The notes under the pieces are model-generated. The model saw only the letters and a program-made list of their open reading frames with translations, made no database searches and was not told the DNA's origin. From Ignicoccus pacificus DSM 13166 (GTDB lineage Archaea; Thermoproteota; Thermoprotei_A; Sulfolobales; Ignicoccaceae), in the NCBI GenBank assembly GCA_025340205.1, contig CP006868.1:1-32000 (forward strand): a stretch of 32,000 nucleotides of DNA, read 5' to 3'. Below, in pieces: positions 16,675 through 24,443 of the stretch; the stretch's first letter is position 1; every line of letters starts with the position of its first letter. The position numbers were made by a program, and so were the translations under genes.

Positions 16675-17393
16675 TGTGACTCCCTGCCTCCAGAACTCAT
16701 CTCTATCACTTTCTTTAATTTCTCTATTTCCTTTTCTATCAACTCTGCCCTCTTCATCAAGTCGGAAACATCTACTTGAATGTTAAGCAGTTTTGCGAGC
16801 TCTACTATGCCAGTAGCCGAGGCTCTAGGGTCTTGTCTGCTAGATTCACAGAACGGTAAAAGCGCTAGCATAGGAAGGCCTCTGATCTCAGATGATGCTA
16901 ACAAGTGAGCTAAGGGACCGACTACTTTCAACCCCTCTGGCATAGGCTTGGCATCCGGTAAGGGTCCTTCGTAAGCGGATGTCTTTATCCACCTAAGAGT
17001 TTCAGAGGGCTCTTCCTTGAAGCTCTTGTCCAAGCCACCTAACCCGTAGACCTTTACTATGCCGTGCTTGATACTCCATCTGACCACATAGTCCGCATAC
17101 CTGAACCTCTCTACTTCGTGAGGTATCCATCTATTCAACAATACCAGCAACTTGTTCTTTTCATCTAGATACAGTTCGAAGGGTAGTTCCAATCCATTCC
17201 TCTCGGAGTATGAAACTTGATCGGGTAAGTACTTAGTTATGAAGAACCCGACCTTCCTCATGTTAAGTTTGTTCACCAAGTATTCAGTAGCTAGATAGCC
17301 TACGTAGCCAAAACCCATGAAACCGGTAACGAGAACGTAACCCTCAAAGTTGGTGGGGGCGTCTTTTAAGGGGACGTACTTTACCTTTTTCAT
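16665..17393 (-). CDS. PAC2 family (proteasome assembly chaperone-like) protein
   Basis: FEGYVLVTGFMGFGYVGYLATEYLVNKLNMRKVGFFITKYLPD...LPMLALLPFCESSRQDPRASATGIVELAKLLNIQVDVSDLMKRAE, typical PAC2 organisation. Confidence 0.8.
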   Translation of the reverse strand: MKKVKYVPLKDAPTNFEGYVLVTGFMGFGYVGYLATEYLVNKLNMRKVGFFITKYLPDQVSYSERNGLELPFELYLDEKNKLLVLLNRWIPHEVERFRYADYVVRWSIKHGIVKVYGLGGLDKSFKEEPSETLRWIKTSAYEGPLPDAKPMPEGLKVVGPLAHLLASSEIRGLPMLALLPFCESSRQDPRASATGIVELAKLLNIQVDVSDLMKRAELIEKEIEKLKKVIEMSSGGRESHYM

Positions 17394-17824
17394 TTTATTT
17401 TCCCTCTGATCTTCACAGCCTCTCCAAAATTAATCTTAACCATCTCCTCTCCGCTGAGGACACTTCTCCCGTAAGCTATGAGGCTGTCATTATAAACAAC
17501 AAGAACATCAATCCCCCTAAGGATCTTAGGATCGGCATCTATTACGTGTTTGTTGAATACTGTTTTTGTAGGTATTTCACTTACGTAAACTTTCCCACTA
17601 TTTCCCGGTAGACAATCAAACAATATCCTCGCAGAAAGGTCGGAAAGGGTTAAGAGGAAGTCGTTAGGGCGTACAGTGAACAATCTTTCTCCTTTTTTGT
17701 TAAGCACGTATCTAGGCATCCCTGTTCGTGAAAACTTTATCTTTACATCTTTGAACTCCTCGCATTCGAGTGGCACTTGATAAATGAAAGAGAGAAGCTT
17801 TAAGATATCGAAGTTCTGAGGCAT
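17390..17824 (-). CDS. PUA-domain RNA-binding protein
   Basis: VYVSEIPTKTVFNKHVIDADPKILRGIDVLVVYNDSLIAYGRSVLSGEEMVKINFGEAVKIR is a PUA-like C-terminus. Overlaps the PAC2 gene by 4 nt. Confidence 0.75.
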   Translation of the reverse strand: MPQNFDILKLLSFIYQVPLECEEFKDVKIKFSRTGMPRYVLNKKGERLFTVRPNDFLLTLSDLSARILFDCLPGNSGKVYVSEIPTKTVFNKHVIDADPKILRGIDVLVVYNDSLIAYGRSVLSGEEMVKINFGEAVKIRGKIK

Positions 17825-17837
17825 GGAAAATCGCCTC

Positions 17838-18056
17838 TTAAAGACTACAGTAGCTTAATAAGTGAGAAGCTAGCAGAGCGCTTATCGCACCAGCGGAAAG
17901 GGCGGTTAGGAACGCTAAGACTAGAGCTATTGACAATGTATTTATGTTAAACGTAGTTATGGCGGTGAGTAAGATGGCTGAAGATAATAGTGACACGACT
18001 GGGACCACGAACGCAGTTATTGCTGCAACGCACCTTAAGTCAGTCACTTCCCTCAC
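17838..18056 (-). CDS. Small two-TM membrane protein (72 aa)
   Basis: Hydrophobic ORF overlapping the next upstream small ORF by 4 nt and lying between two conserved genes on the same strand. Confidence 0.5.
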   Translation of the reverse strand: MREVTDLRCVAAITAFVVPVVSLLSSAILLTAITTFNINTLSIALVLAFLTALSAGAISALLASHLLSYCSL

Positions 18057-18265
18057 CCTTTGAAGCTACACTTGGGTAGGCTAAACGCTATCAAGAGGGC
18101 CAGTAATGTGACGGAGACAGGTAAACCGAAGAATATGGGTATTGCTGCTTGGAACGTAGCGCTGGACACGGTATAGTAAATCAACGCATAATTCAAGAAC
18201 ACCAGGACTGTTGTGAGTAACGCTACATAACCTTGAATCTCCTCGATACAGTTCATGACGCTCAA
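18053..18265 (-). CDS. Small two-TM membrane protein (70 aa)
   Basis: Hydrophobic ORF overlapping both the nucleotidyltransferase gene stop and the 72-aa ORF by 4 nt. Confidence 0.5.
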   Translation of the reverse strand: MSVMNCIEEIQGYVALLTTVLVFLNYALIYYTVSSATFQAAIPIFFGLPVSVTLLALLIAFSLPKCSFKG

Positions 18266-18966
18266 TCCTCGAAGAGGCTATATTCTTCAAGGTACTTATT
18301 TACTTCCTCTATATCCTTGAAGGTATCTATGCTTCTCCAGAAGACATCCGTGAACGGAACTGCCTTTAGCAGACCCTTCCTAGCCAGCTCCGGGAAAGTA
18401 ACTTTCTCAATGTTGCCGCTCTTGGGTAGATAGTCGAATATCTTGTTTGTGAAGCAGTAGATTCCAGCGTTAATGAAGTAATCTGGGATCCTCGGCTTTT
18501 CTTTGAATTCCTTTATCAATCCGGACTCTTTATCAAATAGGACGATGCCATAAGGTGAGGGTAGTGGCACGAGTGCGATAGTCCCCACGAGGTCCCCTTC
18601 AAGAGCCTCACATACCTTTCTTACATTTAAGTTCGTCAAGATGTCACCATTAAGTACGACGAATTTATCCTCATTGCGAAGAACACTCTCAGTATTCTTT
18701 ATGGCTCCTCCAGTACCTAGAGGCTCGTCCTCTACAACGTAGACGGCGTTAACGCCATACTTGCCACCGCTTCCTATTTCTCTAATTATAACTTCTTTAA
18801 GATGCGAAATTGTTATTACTACGTCCTTTATGCCATGGCGCTTTAGCAACTCTAGTTGCCATGCGAGGATAGGTTTTCCTCCTACCTCAATCATCGGCTT
18901 CGGTCTCTCTTCAGTCAGCGGCCTTAGTCTCTTTCCAAAACCTCCAGCGAGAATCAGTGCTTTCAC
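18262..18966 (-). CDS. NDP-sugar nucleotidyltransferase (mannose-1-P guanylyltransferase / glucose-1-P nucleotidyltransferase-like)
   Basis: MKALILAGGFGKRLRPLTEERPKPMIEVGGKPILAWQLELLKRHG, EDEPLGTGGAIKN, FVVLNGDILTNLN. Confidence 0.93.
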   Translation of the reverse strand: MKALILAGGFGKRLRPLTEERPKPMIEVGGKPILAWQLELLKRHGIKDVVITISHLKEVIIREIGSGGKYGVNAVYVVEDEPLGTGGAIKNTESVLRNEDKFVVLNGDILTNLNVRKVCEALEGDLVGTIALVPLPSPYGIVLFDKESGLIKEFKEKPRIPDYFINAGIYCFTNKIFDYLPKSGNIEKVTFPELARKGLLKAVPFTDVFWRSIDTFKDIEEVNKYLEEYSLFED

Positions 18967-19017
18967 ACGATCACCAGACTAAAACATGCCTAGGGATTTT
19001 TTGACAGTTTCTAAGAG

Positions 19018-20043
19018 TTAGAATAAATCTATATCAAGTCCTTCCTTCAACCACTCCGAAGCTTCGATGGCGTGATACGTTATTACAATATCGGCCCCAG
19101 CCCTCCTTATTGAATGGAGTATCTCTAATATTATCTTCTTTTCATCAACCAAGCCGTTTCTAGCAGCGAACTTTACCATACTATATTCACCACTTACGTT
19201 GTAGGCAGCTAAGGGATAGTAAGGGAACGTATCCTTTACTCTCTTTATGACGTCTAGGTACGACAACGCTGGTTTGACCATGAGGATATCCGCTCCTTCT
19301 TCTATATCCAAGTTAACCTCCTTCAATGCCTCTTCCCCGTTACGAGGATCCATTTGGTAAGTTCTCCTATCGCCGTGGGCTGGAGCGTTGTCTGCGGCTG
19401 CCCTGAAGGGGCCATAGAACGCGCTCGCATACTTTGCAGCATAGCTCATTATTGCTACGTCAGTGAACCCAGCTCGATCTAACGCTTCCCTTATCGCTCT
19501 TACCATGCCGTCCATCATGGAGGAGGGGGCTACGACATCGGCCCCGGCTTCTGCATGGCTCACGGCCACCTTGGCAAGAAGCTCTAGGGTAGGATCGTTA
19601 TCGACTACATGCTCACAGAACCCATCTCTACACTTCTTGGTTAAGAGTCCACAATGGCCATGAGAAGTGTAATGACACAGACAGACGTCAGTATGGATAA
19701 CCACTTCATTTCCGAACTCCTTCCTAATCTTCCTCACGGCTTTCTGCACTATTCCGTCACTCGAGTACGCGGAGGAGCCGAGTTCGTCCTTTTCAGATGG
19801 GATGCCGAAGATGAGGATGTTATGAACTCCTACATCTAATGCCTTACCTACTATTTCGTGGACTTTTTCCAAGGGCCATCTGTATTGACCTGGCATAGCG
19901 TCTATCTCTTCGGGCTCTGAAATGCCCTCCTTTACGAATATGGGGTAGATGAAGTCTCTAGGTGAGATACGAGTCTCGGCGACCAGATCTCTTAGGTACT
20001 TATTCTTTCTGAGCCTTCTAGGTCTAAGATAAGGGAAAGACAT
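19018..20043 (-). CDS. hemB: Delta-aminolevulinic acid dehydratase / porphobilinogen synthase
   Basis: RPRRLRKNKYLRDLVAETRISPRDFIYPIFVKEG, TDVCLCHYTSHGHCG, VAPSSMMDGMV, SYAAKYASAFYGPFRAA, DRRTYQMDP, MLMVKPALSYLD (as DILMVKPALSYLD) and PYPLAAYNVSGEYSM-like signatures. Confidence 0.96.
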   Translation of the reverse strand: MSFPYLRPRRLRKNKYLRDLVAETRISPRDFIYPIFVKEGISEPEEIDAMPGQYRWPLEKVHEIVGKALDVGVHNILIFGIPSEKDELGSSAYSSDGIVQKAVRKIRKEFGNEVVIHTDVCLCHYTSHGHCGLLTKKCRDGFCEHVVDNDPTLELLAKVAVSHAEAGADVVAPSSMMDGMVRAIREALDRAGFTDVAIMSYAAKYASAFYGPFRAAADNAPAHGDRRTYQMDPRNGEEALKEVNLDIEEGADILMVKPALSYLDVIKRVKDTFPYYPLAAYNVSGEYSMVKFAARNGLVDEKKIILEILHSIRRAGADIVITYHAIEASEWLKEGLDIDLF

Positions 20044-20066
20044 GACGCGCTTACCCTAGACGAATT

Positions 20067-20101
20067 CGGTAGATGAGCTAATATTGTGATTAGAATTACC
20101 G
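20067..20101. promoter_or_regulatory. Nested inverted repeat in the hemB / PEBP intergenic region
   Basis: CGGTA (20067-20071) pairs with TACCG (20097-20101), and CTAAT (20078-20082) pairs with ATTAG (20089-20093) inside it. Confidence 0.35.
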
Positions 20102-20107
20102 TTTAAA

Positions 20108-20162
20108 TGCCGATGAGCGCGCGAACCACCGGACAGAAGGGTGACGAAGGCGCTCTGAGGTG
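20108..20162 (+). ncRNA. Possible K-turn-containing sRNA (box C/D-like)
   Basis: ATGAGCG (20113-20119)...CGGA (20130-20133)-7 nt-GTGACGA (20141-20147)-7 nt-CTGA (20155-20158), with a short flanking stem TGCC/GGTG. A GAGCGC/GCGCTC stem is an alternative fold. Confidence 0.28.
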
Positions 20163-20170
20163 AGGCGAAA

Positions 20171-20740
20171 TTGAAAATAAATGAAAAGAAGTTTATAATA
20201 CTAACGGTAGTAGCCATAGCTATCGCATTCATCGGTATAGCCATATTATTCATGAGTACTACTGTTAGGACGCCCAGTAAGTCTAACCAAGTAATTGCTG
20301 AGGTCTTGGAAATAAACAAAACTCTTCCATGGATCGAGGTTCAGACGAACGCCGTTAAAAATGGGCGTATATTAAAGAACTTCACTTGTGATGGAGGAGG
20401 TCAAGAACCAATCATAAAATGGAAAATGTACGATAATGCTAATTGCTACGCCGTGATAGTCTTCGATCCAGATGCACCCATGGGTACCTTTTATCATCTT
20501 ATAGAGCTTGTGAAGATTAATGGAAACGAGATAAACGTAGTAAAGGTATATCCCAACAGCGCTGGATATGAAGGCTGGTTTCCCGTATGTCCTCCCAAGG
20601 GAGAAACTCACAGGTACTTCTTTGTGGTAGTAGCTCTAAAGAAGTGTGAAATTCATAAGAACTTCAATGAACTAATAAAATACATTGATACAAACGCCGT
20701 CGCCTTGGGTTATGAGATGGGTACTTATACGCGTAGGTGA
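20171..20740 (+). CDS. PEBP (YbhB/YbcL, Raf-kinase-inhibitor-like) protein with N-terminal membrane anchor
   Basis: [23 protein letters not shown] segment followed by [19 protein letters not shown] and [28 protein letters not shown] motifs of PEBP. TTG start. Confidence 0.85.
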   Translation: MKINEKKFIILTVVAIAIAFIGIAILFMSTTVRTPSKSNQVIAEVLEINKTLPWIEVQTNAVKNGRILKNFTCDGGGQEPIIKWKMYDNANCYAVIVFDPDAPMGTFYHLIELVKINGNEINVVKVYPNSAGYEGWFPVCPPKGETHRYFFVVVALKKCEIHKNFNELIKYIDTNAVALGYEMGTYTRR

Positions 20741-20799
20741 GAAAAAGCCAGAGAGTCTTAACCTACCCACCACGAGACCATACACGGGGAAGAAGTACT

Positions 20800-22038
20800 A
20801 TGGCCAAGGATGTACAGCCTGAGGTTAACATCGGTGTCGTAGGTCACGTCGATCACGGAAAGACTACCTTGGTTCAAGCGTTGACTGGTGTATGGACAGC
20901 ACGACACAGTGAGGAGCTCAAGAGGGGAATGACAATAAAGCTCGGATACGCTGATGGTGAGATTTACAAGTGTACTAATTGTCCGGAACCAGATGCATAC
21001 TCTCCCGAGCCAAAGTGTCCCAGATGTCCTAAGGATAGCGAACCCCAGTTCCTGAGGAAAGTATCCTATGTAGACGCTCCTGGCCACGAGATACTGATGG
21101 CTACGATGCTCTCCGGAAGCTCCTTAATGGATGGCGCATTGCTAGTAATAGCGGCCAACGAACCTTGTCCGCAGCCACAGACCAGAGAGCATTTCATGGC
21201 TCTTGATATAGTTGGAATAAGGAGATTAGTCGTCGTTCAAAACAAGATAGACGTTGTAAGTAAGGAGCAAGCAATGAAGAATTACCAACAGATAAAGAAC
21301 TTCCTAAAGGGAACTTGGGCCGAGGACGCGGTAATCGTTCCAGTGAGCGCATTGCATAAGGCTAACATCGACGCTCTCCTGGAGGCAATAGAGGAGGAGA
21401 TACCTACTCCTCCTAGAGACCTAGACTCACCCCCCTTGATGTGGATAGCTAGAAGCTTCGATGTGAATAAACCTGGAACACCACCGGAGAAACTCGTCGG
21501 AGGTGTAGTGGGAGGTTCTATCATCAGAGGTAAACTCAGGGTTGGTGACAAGATAGAGATAAAGCCCGGTTATCCTGTTAGGTCAGGAATGAAGGTTGAA
21601 TACGTACCCCTTGAAAGTGAGATCACGAGCTTAAGATTCGGAAATGTAGAGGTCGAGGAAGCCAGACCCGGAGGACTGGTAGCGATAGGAACAAAGCTAG
21701 ACCCCTCATTAACCAAGGCTGATGCATTGGTCGGAAGCGTGGTAGGTAGACCCGGTGAGTTACCCCCAGTTTACGAAGAATTAACGTTGGAGTACCACTT
21801 GCTAGAGAGAATAGTCGGCTTCCGAGGAGAAATGAAGCCGACTCCACTAAGGAGAGGTGAGCCTCTAATGCTAACGGTTGGCACAGCGATAACGATAGGT
21901 GTAGTTACCTCGCTCACAAAGGACGAGATGACTGTGAAGTTACAAAGGCCAGTAGTCGCTTGGAAAGGTGCCCGCGTGGCCTTCAACAGGAGAATTCAGA
22001 ACAGGTGGAGGCTAGCGGGCTGGGGAGTTGTGAAGTAA
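20800..22038 (+). CDS. eif2g: Translation initiation factor aIF2 subunit gamma
   Basis: [23 protein letters not shown], zinc-cysteine knuckle [38 protein letters not shown] and [18 protein letters not shown]. The ORF opens at 20737, but ATG at 20800 is the family-like start ([16 protein letters not shown]). Confidence 0.96.
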   Translation: MAKDVQPEVNIGVVGHVDHGKTTLVQALTGVWTARHSEELKRGMTIKLGYADGEIYKCTNCPEPDAYSPEPKCPRCPKDSEPQFLRKVSYVDAPGHEILMATMLSGSSLMDGALLVIAANEPCPQPQTREHFMALDIVGIRRLVVVQNKIDVVSKEQAMKNYQQIKNFLKGTWAEDAVIVPVSALHKANIDALLEAIEEEIPTPPRDLDSPPLMWIARSFDVNKPGTPPEKLVGGVVGGSIIRGKLRVGDKIEIKPGYPVRSGMKVEYVPLESEITSLRFGNVEVEEARPGGLVAIGTKLDPSLTKADALVGSVVGRPGELPPVYEELTLEYHLLERIVGFRGEMKPTPLRRGEPLMLTVGTAITIGVVTSLTKDEMTVKLQRPVVAWKGARVAFNRRIQNRWRLAGWGVVK

Positions 22039-22110
22039 AGGGCCTATGAGGCCTTGAATGGCCGCTGGGGACGGGGCCGGATGACCGGCAACCCCGGCAC
22101 CGAGGGCCCT
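22039..22110 (+). ncRNA. Candidate structured RNA, most likely a box C/D guide sRNA with G-C K-turn variant
   Basis: AGGGCCT-[ATGAGGC]...[CCGA]-GGGCCCT: a 7-bp terminal stem (one G-U) encloses a variant C box (22046-22052) and D box (22100-22103). It is a very GC-rich 72-nt island directly after the aIF2-gamma stop codon. Internal GGGA (22068-22071) and ATGACCG (22081-22087) may be D'/C'. Confidence 0.5.
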
Positions 22111-22151
22111 TCGCATTTAACTATGCCCTCTTTTCCAGCTAGCTTGGTGGA

Positions 22152-22571
22152 ATGGTCATGAGCTCCCTCGAAAGCTATTTCGGAGCTGAGAGAATAGTAG
22201 TAACAATAGACGAGGAGGCCACCATAGGAGATGCCGTCGAGGTTATGCACGAAAACGGGATAGGGGCGTTGCTGGTAACTAGGACTGATGAAAATGGAAA
22301 TATCAAGGCGACAGGACTCCTTACTGAAAGGGATATCATCGCTGCTCTAGCTCTTGGAGCAGACCCTGGGAGAGCTAAGGTAAAGTACTACATGACACCT
22401 TGGAAGGATGTTATTACGGTTACTCCAGACACTCCTCTATTAGATGCGTTAAAGATAATGATAGACAATGGTATAAGACATTTGGTCGTCGTGGACGGCG
22501 AAAGGGTTGTAGGTATATTAAGCATTAGAGACATCTGCGCTGCACTGCTTGAAGAACTTCAAAAGGCCTAA
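22152..22571 (+). CDS. CBS-domain pair protein
   Basis: Two CBS motifs: VTIDEEATIGDAVEVMHENGIGALLVTRTDENGNIKATGLLTERDII and VITVTPDTPLLDALKIMIDNGIRHLVVVDGERVVGILSIRDI. Confidence 0.93.
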   Translation: MVMSSLESYFGAERIVVTIDEEATIGDAVEVMHENGIGALLVTRTDENGNIKATGLLTERDIIAALALGADPGRAKVKYYMTPWKDVITVTPDTPLLDALKIMIDNGIRHLVVVDGERVVGILSIRDICAALLEELQKA

Positions 22572-23173
22572 GAGACTTTCTTCTTAATCTTAACGATATT
22601 CCTTAGCTTTACTCTAGCTATATTGAGCAGGATCCCGCTACCTATCACCACAAAGAGAGGGTTACTGAGCTTTATCATCAGCTGATTAGGGAGCCACTTG
22701 GAAACGTAGTTTATTATAAAAGCTAACAGTGAAGGCAATGAATACCCAACAAGCGCCGGAAGTCCCTCTATTAGGTACGCTATAGGTAATGGTAGTAGCG
22801 TTGCCTCCAACGAGGCTCCACCTAGTCTAACCGACACCGGGTATCCTCCAAGAAGGGGACTTGTGACTATTCCGTTGACGCTAACGAGGACAGCTAAGGG
22901 GAGTAGAGCGGGAGAAAGTGCCCAATCGAAGAGGGTCAAGAAGAGGAAGAAGGAATATGGTATCCACGTTATGCTGTAGAAGTAGTAGATAATGATACCT
23001 AGAGCAAGGGTTGAGATAACTACATACCACGCGTTAAATCTGAATGGTAACTTGTCTAAGATAGTGAATAGAGCTATTGCTAGGATTAAGGAGAATAGGA
23101 AGTTTACGGGTCCGAGGGCTAGGTATCCCACCACAGATGCTACTATAAACGGTATCTTGGAGGCGTACTCCAT
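22568..23173 (-). CDS. Multi-pass membrane protein of unknown function
   Basis: 201-aa hydrophobic ORF on the same strand as, and overlapping by 31 nt, the DUF58 gene. Confidence 0.6.
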   Translation of the reverse strand: MEYASKIPFIVASVVGYLALGPVNFLFSLILAIALFTILDKLPFRFNAWYVVISTLALGIIIYYFYSITWIPYSFFLFLTLFDWALSPALLPLAVLVSVNGIVTSPLLGGYPVSVRLGGASLEATLLPLPIAYLIEGLPALVGYSLPSLLAFIINYVSKWLPNQLMIKLSNPLFVVIGSGILLNIARVKLRNIVKIKKKVS

Positions 23174-24117
23174 GGTACTGCCCTCACATCACCTCGTTCT
23201 TTGAGCGAGGCCTCAAAAGACTTGAACTCCTTTTCAACTTTCTTTCGGATCAGTTCCAATGCGTCGAATTCCGTTTCTAGAGGAGGTATACATGCTAGAG
23301 GATTGAGTAACAGATAAACCGATGCCTTCTCTACCTTTGCGAAAGGGCCTACTACTCTTACATCCGCCTCCCCCTCGACCTTTTTCAAACCGAGTTTCTC
23401 TAAGTAAGTTACGATGCTGTTAAAGAGTTCCTTAAAACAAGGGTTATCATACCATGGTCCTGGATCAGCACTATAGACTCTAATTCCCTTACTCAACCTA
23501 GTTATTTCCTTAACCTTCTTCAGTTCCTTTACTCTTAGACCGCCGGGGGAATAGAGGGTTTTCCAAATGATCAGACGAGTTTCGTCTCCCGGTCTATATT
23601 CCCTGGTTCCGACGACCTCGGGAACAGCTTGGAAACCTCCCTCTTCCTCTACTATCTCAGCTAGGCCAAGTCCCTCAATACTCCAAGAAGAAACTAATTC
23701 CCTCAATTCTCCATATCCCCAACACTTGCAAGCCCCTCGTTCAACCTCGATCATTATTCCATTCCAATAGACGAAGGGATTTACGCTCAAGTCTATTTGG
23801 TACTCGACTACACCTATACCTTTCAAGCTTCCTTTGGAAGGAGGTGACGTGACTACATCTATCAGTTTTGCTCCCTTAGGACCTCTAACTCTGACAAATA
23901 CTGTATCCTTGCTAACCCTAACCTCCCTTTCTACCTTTGCCCTCTTGGATTTGGAACAAGCTATCGTTTGTAAAGCGGTGGCGCTGATCAGCGCCGAGCC
24001 CGCTATTAGAGGATCCAACCAAGGGAATAGTAAGGTAGCTACGGCTGTCCCGAGTGCGGAGGAGAGCATGACCTTTCGACCCTTGTCGTTTAATCCGCAC
24101 TTAACCGGAACGAGCAA
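23143..24117 (-). CDS. DUF58-domain membrane-associated protein
   Basis: N-terminal TM hairpin, and EVVGTREYRPGDETRLIIWKTLYSPGGLRVKELKK matches the DUF58 core (RxYxPGDxxRxIxWKxxA). Confidence 0.8.
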   Translation of the reverse strand: MLVPVKCGLNDKGRKVMLSSALGTAVATLLFPWLDPLIAGSALISATALQTIACSKSKRAKVEREVRVSKDTVFVRVRGPKGAKLIDVVTSPPSKGSLKGIGVVEYQIDLSVNPFVYWNGIMIEVERGACKCWGYGELRELVSSWSIEGLGLAEIVEEEGGFQAVPEVVGTREYRPGDETRLIIWKTLYSPGGLRVKELKKVKEITRLSKGIRVYSADPGPWYDNPCFKELFNSIVTYLEKLGLKKVEGEADVRVVGPFAKVEKASVYLLLNPLACIPPLETEFDALELIRKKVEKEFKSFEASLKERGDVRAVPWSTPPRYRL

Positions 24118-24187
24118 CCATGACCCCCTTTCACACTAATAAGCGACTTTAACACTCCGTGGGCGGACTCGAGGGGGAGTAAAAGTA

Positions 24188-24433
24188 ATGCGCAACAAAA
24201 GGTTTAGCGTTCTCGATCACGTCCTCGTTCCCAAGCACGTAAAGCTCAGTGAGGAGGAGGCTTATCAAGTACTAAAAGAACTTGGAATAAAGCCTGAACA
24301 GTTACCCATAATCAGAGCTGATGATCCCGTTGCTAAGGAGCTCGGATTGAAGCCGGGAGACATTGTGAAGGTTATAAGGAAGAGTGAGAACGCGGAGGAA
24401 GTTGTCACTTATAGGTATGTGGTAGGCATGTGA
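24188..24433 (+). CDS. rpoH: DNA-directed RNA polymerase subunit H (Rpo5)
   Basis: FSVLDHVLVPKHVKLSEEEAYQVLKELGIKPEQLPIIRADDPVAKELGLKPGDIVKVIRKSE is the classic Rpo5/H sequence. Confidence 0.95.
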   Translation: MRNKRFSVLDHVLVPKHVKLSEEEAYQVLKELGIKPEQLPIIRADDPVAKELGLKPGDIVKVIRKSENAEEVVTYRYVVGM

Positions 24434-24443
24434 GGTGATAGGA

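Noticed and set aside
22039-22110. tRNA gene (72-nt element with a 7-bp acceptor-like stem)
   Set aside because: No T-loop GGTTCRANYCC, no D-loop GG/AGCTC pattern and no plausible anticodon arm. Box C/D-like or other structured RNA fits better.
22044-22250. 68-aa minus-strand ORF
   Set aside because: Covers the GC-rich structured element and the start of the CBS-domain gene on the opposite strand. No protein-like features.
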